From: Candidatus Limnocylindrus sp.
GTDB taxonomy: Bacteria > Chloroflexota > Limnocylindria > Limnocylindrales > Limnocylindraceae
NCBI GenBank assembly: GCA_040397175.1
Contig: JBBAWM010000002.1
Location: forward strand, 32,001 to 96,000
Direction of reading: 5' to 3'
Length of the DNA stretch: 64,000 bases
Below, piece after piece: positions 29,035-37,983 of the stretch; the first letter of the stretch is position 1, and each line of letters opens with the position of its first letter. The position numbers and the translations under genes were made by a program. The notes beneath the pieces were generated by a model. The model was given only the letters and a program-made list of their open reading frames with translations, made no database searches and was not told the origin of the DNA.

Positions 29035-30582
29035 GTGACGCGATCGGTTAGCGAGATCGCTGCGGGCCTCGAACCCTCCCGTGGAGGTGTGGCACTACAG
29101 CCTGGAGCACGGCTGCACATCATTGGGGTTGGAGGCACTGCTGCACTCGCTGCAGCGCTCCACGCTAAAGCACTCGGGCTGAGCGTCTCCGGTTACGACC
29201 AGGCGCTGGCAGGGGAGTCAGCGATGATTCTTTCGCACGCAGGGATTCCAGTTGGCTCATCTGCCAGCCCCGAGGTCCTGCGGTCCTGTGCGGCACTCAA
29301 CGCCGAAAGCACGGTTGCCATCTCGAAGGCGATTACGAGTACCCAGCCGAATCATCCCGAAGTACTACTGGCACGAGAAGCGGGCGCACGAACCGTTTCT
29401 GTACAGCAGGTGATTGCTGATGCCGCCGCCACACGTGGCGGGCTCATGATCGGCGTTGCTGGTACGCATGGCAAAACAACCTCCACTGGATGGGTCCTTG
29501 ATGCGCTCGTTCGTTCTGGGATGGACCTGTCAGCGTTTGTGGGCGGCCCACTCGATACAGGGCTCGGTACCCCTGCAGGCGCTCCCGTGCATATCGGATC
29601 TGGCCCTGGTTTCGTCGTCGAGGCTGATGAGTACGGTGGAAACTTCGACACTTACAACGTCGATCGCGCACTGATCTTGAACGTGGATTGGGATCATCCT
29701 GATATCTTTGCTGACCGCCAGGCTGCCGTGGAAACGTTCGCACGATGGGCGGCCTATCCCGCAACGAACGGCGCTCTCTTCATCAACAGTGGCGATCAGG
29801 GTGGCGCTGAGCTCGCAGCACTGCTCGAGGCGGGAGAGAACCGCAACTTCTTCACCTTTGCAGCCTCAGCGACGCCCGAAGTACCGCAGGCAGATGTGGT
29901 CGCGACGGTAGCGTCACGCGGGGCAGGCACTTTTTCAGTTTCCATCACGCACCTTTCTGACCGCGCCGCACGTACAGCCCCAGCACTGCACGATCTTCTC
30001 AATCGTGAGCTGCCGATTGGGCTACTAGGTGCACACAACGCATCCAACGGCCTCGGCGTTGCCGTGCTTGCTGCAAGCGCTGGTGGCACCGCTGACGGGA
30101 TTGCTGGATCACTCGCAACCTTTGGGGGTGTTGGTCGCCGCATGGAGGTCCGGTACGACCACAACTCCATTACGGTGCTCGACGACTACGGTCATCACCC
30201 AACCGCCATTGACGCCACCATTGCGACAGTCCGTCAGCGGTATCCAGGCCGCACATTGGTTCTCGCCATTGAGCCGCTCACATACCACCGTACTGCTGCC
30301 CTGCTCGAAGGTCTTGCCCAGTCGTGCAGCGCCGCAGATAGGGTTGCAGTCGCACAGATCTTCGCCGTGCGCGACCTCGATACGACGATCGTATCGGCTA
30401 CCAACCTTGCCGAACGCATCGCAGCCCTGGGCACACCGGCCACGGCACCAGGAACTGTCCTGGAGACAGCAGCAGCACTTCTTCCGAGCATTACGGCAGA
30501 GACAGTGGTCCTGGTGATGGGGGGCGGACGATCAACAGAGATCGCCGTTGCACTTGCTCAAGGCCTCGCAGCCGCGTCGTAG
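29035..30582 (+). CDS. Mur ligase, MurC/Mpl-like (UDP-MurNAc amino-acid ligase)
   Basis: HIIGVGG, AGTHGKTT, VVEADEY, DWDHPD, GAHNASN, GVGRRME, DDYGHHPT. Confidence 0.85.
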   Translation: MTRSVSEIAAGLEPSRGGVALQPGARLHIIGVGGTAALAAALHAKALGLSVSGYDQALAGESAMILSHAGIPVGSSASPEVLRSCAALNAESTVAISKAITSTQPNHPEVLLAREAGARTVSVQQVIADAAATRGGLMIGVAGTHGKTTSTGWVLDALVRSGMDLSAFVGGPLDTGLGTPAGAPVHIGSGPGFVVEADEYGGNFDTYNVDRALILNVDWDHPDIFADRQAAVETFARWAAYPATNGALFINSGDQGGAELAALLEAGENRNFFTFAASATPEVPQADVVATVASRGAGTFSVSITHLSDRAARTAPALHDLLNRELPIGLLGAHNASNGLGVAVLAASAGGTADGIAGSLATFGGVGRRMEVRYDHNSITVLDDYGHHPTAIDATIATVRQRYPGRTLVLAIEPLTYHRTAALLEGLAQSCSAADRVAVAQIFAVRDLDTTIVSATNLAERIAALGTPATAPGTVLETAAALLPSITAETVVLVMGGGRSTEIAVALAQGLAAAS

Positions 30583-30612
30583 CAGGTGCGCCGCGGGGCA
30601 GGGGATGGGGGC

Positions 30613-32223
30613 CTAGGCGCCTTCCGGTGAGCCGGCCGCAGCATCAGGGCCAGGTGGCGGCTGCGTAGCAGCCAGAGCGGCACGTTCCTTCGCCTGCACG
30701 CTCTCGGGTCGCGAGAAGAGGGGATGGCCGTCGGAGGTTAAGCAGCGACCCGTCGCCAGATCCCACTGCCAACCATGGATGCTGCACGTCAGCGTCTCGC
30801 CGTCTGTCGTTCCGAAGCGGGTGAGGTCGGCCTTCATGTGCGGGCAGCGGCGCTGGATCTGCCAGCCGGTTAGGTCAAACGTCCCCTCGGTTGGGCCATT
30901 CTCAGCGTAGAAGCCCTCGGCGTACTGGATTCGGGCCGTCGAGAGGCACTTGAACCAGGTGTAGACGTAGTCGTTATAGGCACCTTTGCGCCACGCTGAG
31001 AAGCGAAGCGACAGGAAGAGGCTGTTGACCCAATCATCCGTTCGCGTGCGCACCAGGTGATCCAAGAGGTAGCGGGGGATCGTGAACCGGAAGTCCACCT
31101 CCCGGCCGTCATCCGCGAGGACGGACCGCTCTGGGAAATCGAGGAGGACAGCCTCGTCATCGGTCTGAATCTTGATCGCAGTGCCGATTCCATCACAGAC
31201 GCGTGGGCCAAGGGCCATGAGTGGCTCTAGCCAGGCCTTCAGCTCGGGTACGAGGTTGCTTCGCGGGCCCGCCCACAATGCTTTCTCCGCTGCAATGACA
31301 GGAGCCATGTCGGCTGCGTATCTGCGCAAATACACTTCCTTATTGGCAAAGACATCTTGCACAGACAGATCACCCTGCGCGTGCTGTACCTCGAATACAC
31401 CCGCGTTGTTGAATTGGCCGACGCTCCCCGGGAGCATCAGAACGGCCGCCTGACCCTCAGCCTGCAGGCGCTCAACCATGAAGCGCTGGTCGGGGAAGAT
31501 CGAATCATCGGCATCGTGCACGTCGTTCCAGCGGAAAAGCTCGTCATCGAGGAAGCAGGGGGGTCCCGCAGAGGGGATCACCACACGGGGGGAGATGATC
31601 TCCACGTAGCGAGCGGCGCGGGTGAACTGCGCGGCACGCTTCTTCTTTGCGAGTGCCTCGGCGGCCTTCGCCGGCATCTCGTAGACCATGGGGTACCAGA
31701 TCGCACCGCTGAACTGCAGAAGGCAGATGTCAATCGCTCCCTGCACCAGGAGTCGGTCCGGGTCGGTTGGACGGCTGTCGTTGAGGTTTAGCAGGCGCTC
31801 TACGCCGTCGTCGATGAGGAGCGCCGAATCACCAATGGGTCCGTCTGTGGGGGCCGTGAGGGCCTCTACGACGATGCTGAGGCCACCGTGGCGCACAGGG
31901 ACGCCGGACTGCGTTTCGATAAACGAATGAAAACCGAGCTCTTGGAGAGCCTCCTTGAGCTCCGGGAGCGGGTAGGCGGGGAGAATGACCACCGCGTCCT
32001 TGTTGCAGTAGGTCTTGAGCCATTTAGGGTCAAAGTGGTCCCGGTGCAGGTGGCTGATATAGAGGTAATCGGTGGCGCCGAGGGCGGCATGATCGAGCTT
32101 GTCGTTTCGTGGATATGGGAACCAGCCTGCGTAATACGCCGGATTAAACCAGGGGTCGCACAGGATCGAGCCGTGTGCGGTGTGGATCTTAACTCCGGCT
32201 TGGGCGATGAATTCAATCCGCAT
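30613..32223 (-). CDS. namH: NamH-like UDP-MurNAc hydroxylase (MBL-fold + C-terminal Rieske 2Fe-2S)
   Basis: CDPWFNPAY, SHLHRDH, DGPIGDSA, SGAIWYPMVY, PSAGPPCF, Rieske CPH-x17-CSIH; recalled close resemblance to M. tuberculosis Rv3818. Confidence 0.8.
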   Translation of the reverse strand: MRIEFIAQAGVKIHTAHGSILCDPWFNPAYYAGWFPYPRNDKLDHAALGATDYLYISHLHRDHFDPKWLKTYCNKDAVVILPAYPLPELKEALQELGFHSFIETQSGVPVRHGGLSIVVEALTAPTDGPIGDSALLIDDGVERLLNLNDSRPTDPDRLLVQGAIDICLLQFSGAIWYPMVYEMPAKAAEALAKKKRAAQFTRAARYVEIISPRVVIPSAGPPCFLDDELFRWNDVHDADDSIFPDQRFMVERLQAEGQAAVLMLPGSVGQFNNAGVFEVQHAQGDLSVQDVFANKEVYLRRYAADMAPVIAAEKALWAGPRSNLVPELKAWLEPLMALGPRVCDGIGTAIKIQTDDEAVLLDFPERSVLADDGREVDFRFTIPRYLLDHLVRTRTDDWVNSLFLSLRFSAWRKGAYNDYVYTWFKCLSTARIQYAEGFYAENGPTEGTFDLTGWQIQRRCPHMKADLTRFGTTDGETLTCSIHGWQWDLATGRCLTSDGHPLFSRPESVQAKERAALAATQPPPGPDAAAGSPEGA

Positions 32224-32266
32224 GGGGGGAGGATAGCGATGATTCGTGCTCGCCGCCCAGGTCCCT

Positions 32267-32294
32267 TTGTCACATAACTATCATTATCGGAACC
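32267..32294 (-). other. dif-like XerC/XerD chromosome dimer resolution site
   Basis: Minus strand GGTTCCGATAA-TGATAG-TTATGTGACAA (11-6-11) in an intergenic gap at the gene-orientation switch. Confidence 0.82.
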
Positions 32295-32369
32295 AAGAGC
32301 GGAAGAACCCCAGCACGGAGCCGCCTCGTGTAACTGTCCCCCTGCAGGTGCTCGGGTTCGGTTTCCGGG

Positions 32370-33656
32370 TTAGAGCAGCTTCGCTGTCGAGTTGCGCTTC
32401 AGCCGTTTCAGTTCGCTGGCCATCTCAGGTGTGGCAAAACCTGTGACATGGAGCGCGTCCTCGTCGTAGGCCACTTGGATGCCGCCTCGGGCGCGAATCG
32501 CCTCAACCTCCCCCACCGCGGTGTATGGGAGGCGGAGGTCGACAGGGGTCCCTTGGCGCTGAAGCGCCTCTTCAAGGGCGCTGCGGAGCGGGCCAAGGCC
32601 GATGCCCGTCGCCGCCGAGACGCCGAGCACCGCGGGGTCGATTTCACGCGCATGCATCTGCGCTGCGTCGATCTTGTTGGCGGCAATGATGCGCGGCTTC
32701 TCAGCGGCACCGAGTTCGTCGAGAACTGCCTGCACGGTGGCGCGATGCTCCAAGGCGTGATGGTCGGAGGCGTCGACAACTTCTAGGAGTAGGTCTGCAC
32801 GGGAGACCTCCTCGAGGGTGGCGCGGAATGCGTCGACGAGCTGGTGTGGCAGCTTATGAATGAACCCGACCGTATCCGTCACGATGGCGGTGAGGCCACC
32901 GGGGAGACGCACCTTCCGGCTCGTTGGATCGAGCGTCGCGAAGAGGCGATCTTCGGCCAGCACCACGCTGCTGCCAACGAGACTATTCAACAGCGTTGAT
33001 TTACCGGCGTTCGTGTAGCCAACAATGGCAACGGTCGGCTCGCCGCGTGTGGTGCGGCTCTTTGCGCCCGTCTCGCGGCTGCGGCGAACCTGATCGACGC
33101 GCGCCTTCATTACCGAGATGCGATCGCGGATCAGTCGGCGGTCAGTTTCAAGCTGCGACTCACCGGGGCCGCGTGTGCCGATGCCGCCGCCCGTACGCGA
33201 AAGGTGTGTCCAGAGCTTTGTCAGTCGTGGCAGCTGATATTCCAGCTGTGCCAGTTCTACTTGCAATCGACCCTCACGCGTTCTGGCATGCAGGGCGAAG
33301 ATGTCGAGGATGAGTCGGCTTCGGTCAATGACCTTCACGCCGAGTACCTCTTCGAGACCGCGCTGCTGTGTTGGCGAAAGCTCATCATCGGCGATGAGTA
33401 CGGTGAAGCCCGTCTCGACCTTTGCGGCAAGTAGTTCCTGGGCTTTGCCGGCGCCGATGTAGGTGTCGGGATCGGGGTGCCGTCGCTGCTGCCACTCAGC
33501 GCCAACGACTTCAGCACCCGCCGTACGAGCGAGGCTCGCTAATTCTTGAAGGCTATCCTCAGCTGGCCAGCCCACGTCGCTACCAGTGTCGACTGCGATG
33601 AGAAAGGCGCGCTCTGGCGCGGGCGTCAGGTCAATCGGTGCGGTTTTCTTCGTCAC
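32370..33656 (-). CDS. hflX: GTPase HflX
   Basis: GTRGPGESQLETDRR, GYTNAGKS, LFATLD, DTVGF, NKID; GTG at 33656 after GAGGG. Confidence 0.96.
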   Translation of the reverse strand: MTKKTAPIDLTPAPERAFLIAVDTGSDVGWPAEDSLQELASLARTAGAEVVGAEWQQRRHPDPDTYIGAGKAQELLAAKVETGFTVLIADDELSPTQQRGLEEVLGVKVIDRSRLILDIFALHARTREGRLQVELAQLEYQLPRLTKLWTHLSRTGGGIGTRGPGESQLETDRRLIRDRISVMKARVDQVRRSRETGAKSRTTRGEPTVAIVGYTNAGKSTLLNSLVGSSVVLAEDRLFATLDPTSRKVRLPGGLTAIVTDTVGFIHKLPHQLVDAFRATLEEVSRADLLLEVVDASDHHALEHRATVQAVLDELGAAEKPRIIAANKIDAAQMHAREIDPAVLGVSAATGIGLGPLRSALEEALQRQGTPVDLRLPYTAVGEVEAIRARGGIQVAYDEDALHVTGFATPEMASELKRLKRNSTAKLL

Positions 33657-33663
33657 TGTCCCT

Positions 33664-34617
33664 CTAGCGTACCGCGATCCGCAGCGCGTGCGGTAGGAGG
33701 TTCTGAGCAATCTCTGCTGCTGGACGCCCCCCCGTTGGGATCGTCTCAAACAGATCCTCACCGCGGTACCAGGTACGTTGTCGGCGGGCATAGGCCCACG
33801 TTCGTGTTGCTGCAGTGCCAATGGCTCGCTCGCGGTCCATCGTCTGGTCAAGATACGCCTGTGCTTCGCGATAGCCGATCCCCGAGAGCGCTGGGGTTTC
33901 AGCGGGAAGTCGCGCAGCAAGCCGCTCGGTCTCCTGTACGAGACCACCATCAAACTGCGCCCGAACACGCGCTGCAATGGCGGCACGGTGTCGCTCAAAA
34001 TCGGTGTCATCAATCTGCACGTACGCCGTTGCCGCAGCCCACGGGTTCTCCTCTTCGGCGAGCGGGTCACCGCCGAGGCGCACGATCTCCAGTGTTCGAA
34101 TCAGACGCCGAGCACTCGCGGTAGCAACGGCATCTGCCGCCGCCGGATTCCGTTCACGGAGCTCCTTATCGAGCGGTTCGCGACCCACATTCGAGTACTG
34201 CAGTTCAAGCTGCTCACGAATCAGGGGGTTACTTGGCCGTGCTCCGCCCGAGAGGAAGCCCCTCAGCAGGCCACGCTGATAGAGACCGGTGCCGCCAACC
34301 ACGATGGCGATCCCCACTCCCCCGCTTGCCTGAGCGTGGCCAGCGATGGCGGCGCGTGCGGCGTCAAGCCAGTCGTACAGGGTGAATGCATCGCTTGCCT
34401 CGGCAATGTCGATGCAGGCATGCGGCCGAACGGCGCGAATCTCGGTGCTGATCTTGTCAGTGCCGATGTCGAAGCCGCGAAACACTTGGCGCGAGTCTGC
34501 CGATACCAAAATCGAACTTACCCCTGCAGCGTCAAGGGCGTCCGCCAGCGCAAGTGCGGCGGCGCTCTTCCCTACCGCGGTAGGACCACCGATCGCGAGG
34601 ATCGGTAGGGTCGGCAT
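33664..34617 (-). CDS. miaA: tRNA dimethylallyltransferase
   Basis: GPTAVGKS, SADSRQVFRGFDIGTDK, VGGTGLY, IGYRE, YARRQRTW. Confidence 0.95.
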   Translation of the reverse strand: MPTLPILAIGGPTAVGKSAAALALADALDAAGVSSILVSADSRQVFRGFDIGTDKISTEIRAVRPHACIDIAEASDAFTLYDWLDAARAAIAGHAQASGGVGIAIVVGGTGLYQRGLLRGFLSGGARPSNPLIREQLELQYSNVGREPLDKELRERNPAAADAVATASARRLIRTLEIVRLGGDPLAEEENPWAAATAYVQIDDTDFERHRAAIAARVRAQFDGGLVQETERLAARLPAETPALSGIGYREAQAYLDQTMDRERAIGTAATRTWAYARRQRTWYRGEDLFETIPTGGRPAAEIAQNLLPHALRIAVR

Positions 34618-34618
34618 G

Positions 34619-36145
34619 CTATCGGGCGTAATCAACCGCCCGTGTCTCGCGAATCACCGTGACACGAATCTGACCCGGATAGGCAAGCTGCTCTTCAATG
34701 CGCTTGACTACTTCGTGGGCAATCGTGCGCGCCTGCTCGTCGGTTACCTGATCAGGGCGAACCAAGATGCGTACCTCTCGGCCAGCCTGCACGGCATAGA
34801 CTTTCTCAACGCCGTCGAATCCGAGTGCGATCTGCTGTAGGTCTTCAAGGCGGCGGAGATGGGCCTCGCCTTGATCGCCACGTGCGCCAGGTCGTGCGGC
34901 GCTGATCGCATCCGCCACCTGCACAATCGGGGCCTCACGCGCGGTGCACTCCACCTCCTGATGGTGCGCAGCAATCGAATTGACGATCCCCTCTGGCATA
35001 CCATGACGACGCGCCAGGTCGGCGCCGATCGCAGCGTGCGTGCCTTCAATCTCGTGGTCAAGCGCCTTGCCAATGTCATGAAGGAGGCCACCAACCTTTG
35101 CGGCGCGAATATCCATGCCGAGCTCGCCAGCGACGGCCCCCGCAACTTGCGCCGTTTCAATGGAGTGCAGCAAGACGTTCTGACCGAACGAGGTGCGCCA
35201 CGCTAACCGACCTAAGATGCGCAATAGTTCTGTCGGAACACCGGTCACACCAACCTTGAGTGCGGCGGCTTCGCCGTTCTTCAGCGAGTCGGCATCAACC
35301 TCACCCTGGGCCTTCGCAACGATCTCTTCGATGCGAATCGGATGAATTCGACCATCCTGCATGAGGCGCTCAAGGGCAACGCGTGCCACTTGGCGACGAA
35401 CTGGGTCAAATGACGAAAGCGTCACCTGCAGCGGGGTCTCATCGATGAGAAGTTCCACGCCAGTCGCCGCTTCAAGGGCGCGAATGTTGCGCCCCTCGCG
35501 ACCGATCAGTCGGCCCTTCATCTCGTCGCTCGTGAGCTTCACGTGGGTCACGGAGTGCTCAGCACTGTGGTCCGCTGCAACGCGCTGCATCGCCGTCAGG
35601 ATCATGTCGCGTGCTCGGTCGGCCGCATCTTCTTGGGCACGTCGCTCCAGGGTTGCCTGCAGTCGCTTCGCCTCGCGCTCAGCCTCTTCGGTGAAGCGCG
35701 AGAGAACTTCGGTCCGAGCGGCCTCGGGGTCGAGCCCGGCGACCTCTGCAAGGCGCGTATTGACGTTTGCGCGGGCCACATCAAGGGCAACAGACTCATC
35801 AACGAGGGTGCGCTCGCGCTCAGCGATCGCGACCTCTCGACCGGCAAAAAAGCTCTCGCGCTCACCAAGGGTGACTTCGCGAAGGCGAAGGCGCTCACCC
35901 TCTGCTGTCGCCGCCTCACGGTCGGCCTGTTGGGCGAGTTCGGCCTCAGCTCGCAGGCGTGAGATCTCTCCCTTGGCGCCGATCACCAGGGAGCTCTGCT
36001 GCTGACGCGCCTCTTCGAGGATGGCGGCAGCTCGTCGGTTTGCGGCACGGATGGCGGCGGCGGCGATCACGCTTCGTAGCGCGAGCCCGGCTCCTACGCC
36101 GAATAGGGCGAACAACACGGGGGCGATCCCGTTCAATTCAGGCAT
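34619..36145 (-). CDS. rny: Ribonuclease Y
   Basis: N-terminal TM, coiled coil, KH MKGRLIGREGRNIR, HD domain LLHDIGK, ADAISAARPGAR; ATG at 36145 after GGAG. Confidence 0.97.
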   Translation of the reverse strand: MPELNGIAPVLFALFGVGAGLALRSVIAAAAIRAANRRAAAILEEARQQQSSLVIGAKGEISRLRAEAELAQQADREAATAEGERLRLREVTLGERESFFAGREVAIAERERTLVDESVALDVARANVNTRLAEVAGLDPEAARTEVLSRFTEEAEREAKRLQATLERRAQEDAADRARDMILTAMQRVAADHSAEHSVTHVKLTSDEMKGRLIGREGRNIRALEAATGVELLIDETPLQVTLSSFDPVRRQVARVALERLMQDGRIHPIRIEEIVAKAQGEVDADSLKNGEAAALKVGVTGVPTELLRILGRLAWRTSFGQNVLLHSIETAQVAGAVAGELGMDIRAAKVGGLLHDIGKALDHEIEGTHAAIGADLARRHGMPEGIVNSIAAHHQEVECTAREAPIVQVADAISAARPGARGDQGEAHLRRLEDLQQIALGFDGVEKVYAVQAGREVRILVRPDQVTDEQARTIAHEVVKRIEEQLAYPGQIRVTVIRETRAVDYAR

Positions 36146-36224
36146 AACGCTCTCCTGCCAGGCTGGCCCCGCGGCCTGGCTCGCGGTAAATAGGTCAAAT
36201 GCCCAGCGAAAGGCTGGAGAGGAG

Positions 36225-36253
36225 AGGCTACGCCTACCCGCCAGATCGGTCAA
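36225..36253 (-). promoter_or_regulatory. Sigma70-type promoter for rny-miaA-hflX
   Basis: TTGACC-17 nt-TAGCCT on the minus strand in the recX-rny gap. Confidence 0.7.
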
Positions 36254-36279
36254 ACGCCCGGGGCGCTGAGCGTGGCGGG

Positions 36280-36888
36280 CTACTCCTCTTCGGTGCCCCC
36301 CTCGGTCACTGGGGTCCGGGTTTCAGACTCGACACGCTCCCGGGCGAGGCGCCAAGAGAGGGCGCTCGGGAAACCCCGTCGGGCAAGCCCCTGGGCCAGT
36401 CGCTGGACCTCGGCGCGGGCATCGCCGCCACGTAGGCGCAACTTGGCCAGGGCGGCGCGTGCGGCGCGCTCCTCGGCCCCCTCCGCGTGCTCGTCAACGA
36501 CGCGCAGAGTCGCCCCCCAGACCTGCTCCGTACTCTGCGCCTCCCCCGCTGCGCGCTGTGCCAAGAGTCGCTGCGCGAGCTCGTCGTCAATGCCGCGTCG
36601 TTTCAGTTCCTGCAGGAGCGCACGATCACCACGCTGTCGCGATCGGTCACGCGAATCGAGAAGCGCCTGCCCGAACCGCTCGTCATCAACCAGGCCGATC
36701 TCGACGAGACGGGCAACTGCTGTGCGCACATGTTCTTCCGGGTATCCGGCGGCGATCAGGCGCTCCTCAAGACTCTTGCGCGAGCGCGGTGCGCCGCTGA
36801 GCGAGCGTGCAGCTGCCTCCAATACATCGGAGGCCTCTGCCGCTGCTCGGCGGGCTTTCTGCGCTTCAGGGTCGCGGCGACGCGCCAC
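36280..36888 (-). CDS. recX: Regulatory protein RecX
   Basis: GLVDDERF, RG.RALLQELKRRGI, LARRGF; downstream of recA. Confidence 0.9.
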   Translation of the reverse strand: MARRRDPEAQKARRAAAEASDVLEAAARSLSGAPRSRKSLEERLIAAGYPEEHVRTAVARLVEIGLVDDERFGQALLDSRDRSRQRGDRALLQELKRRGIDDELAQRLLAQRAAGEAQSTEQVWGATLRVVDEHAEGAEERAARAALAKLRLRGGDARAEVQRLAQGLARRGFPSALSWRLARERVESETRTPVTEGGTEEE

Positions 36889-36897
36889 GACGCACCG

Positions 36898-37980
36898 TTA
36901 CTCCGCTTCGGGAGCGACGGCGGCGGGAATCTCAAGCGTTGTGGAGACTGCGCGAAGCTTCGCGTCGATCTCGGCAGCAACTTCAGGATTCGCCTTGAGG
37001 AACTCCTTTGACTGCTCTCGGCCTTGGCCGAGGCGCACGTCGCCATAGTTAAACCAGGCGCCAGTCTTGGAGATCACATCGGCTGCAACGCCAACGTCAA
37101 GCAGGCCGCCCGCCATGCTGATCCCTTCGCCATACATGATGTCGAACTCAGCGATGCGGAATGGGGCGGCCACCTTGTTCTTCACCACCTTCACGCGAAC
37201 GCGAGAGCCGACTGCTTCCGTAGCGTTCTTAATGGTTTCGATCCGTCGAATGTCGAGTCGCACTGAAGCGTAGAACTTCAACGCACGACCGCCCGGGGTC
37301 GTTTCTGGGCTGCCATACATGACGCCGATCTTCTCGCGCAGCTGGTTGGTGAAGAGGAGCACCGTGTTCGAACGGGCCACTGCACCGGTCAACTTGCGAA
37401 GCGCTTGGCTCATGAGGCGTGCCTGGATTCCGACGAACGAATCGCCCATCTCGCCCTCGATTTCGGCGCGTGGCACGAGTGCCGCAACCGAGTCGACGAC
37501 AACGATGTCGACGCCGCCGGAACGAATCAGGGTTTCGGCAATTTCAAGCGCCTGCTCGCCGGTATCTGGCTGGCTGACCAGCAGCTCGTTGACGTTCACA
37601 CCAGTCTGCGCGGCATACGCCGAATCAAGGGCATGTTCAACGTCAATAAATGCAGCCACCCCGCCGCGGCGTTGTGCCTCAGCGATGATGTGCTGGGCGA
37701 TGGTGGTTTTACCCGACGATTCTGGCCCGAAGATTTCGCTGATGCGACCCTTTGGTAGCCCGCCAACGCCAAGGGCGATGTCGAGTGAGATCGCTCCGGT
37801 CGGGATCGAATCAATCGCGAGACGTTCGCGGGAGCCGAGCTTCATGATCGCGCCGCGACCGAACTGCTTCTCGATGGTGAGGATTGCCGCGTCTACTGCG
37901 CGGGTACGCTCAGTGGAGGGCTTCCCCTCCTCCTTTGGCTCGACGGCTGCGCTCTTCTTGGATTCGCTCTTCTCTGCCAT
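36898..37980 (-). CDS. recA: Recombinase A
   Basis: [42 protein letters not shown]. Confidence 0.99.
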   Translation of the reverse strand: MAEKSESKKSAAVEPKEEGKPSTERTRAVDAAILTIEKQFGRGAIMKLGSRERLAIDSIPTGAISLDIALGVGGLPKGRISEIFGPESSGKTTIAQHIIAEAQRRGGVAAFIDVEHALDSAYAAQTGVNVNELLVSQPDTGEQALEIAETLIRSGGVDIVVVDSVAALVPRAEIEGEMGDSFVGIQARLMSQALRKLTGAVARSNTVLLFTNQLREKIGVMYGSPETTPGGRALKFYASVRLDIRRIETIKNATEAVGSRVRVKVVKNKVAAPFRIAEFDIMYGEGISMAGGLLDVGVAADVISKTGAWFNYGDVRLGQGREQSKEFLKANPEVAAEIDAKLRAVSTTLEIPAAVAPEAE

Positions 37981-37983
37981 GGG

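Noticed and set aside
30583-32294. namH as a dif-flanked Xer mobile cassette
   Set aside because: No second dif-like site found at the murC-namH junction; only proximity supports it.
33657-34070. 138-aa N-terminal extension of HflX in the ORF track
   Set aside because: Overlaps miaA out of frame; GTG at 33656 with an SD gives a normal HflX.
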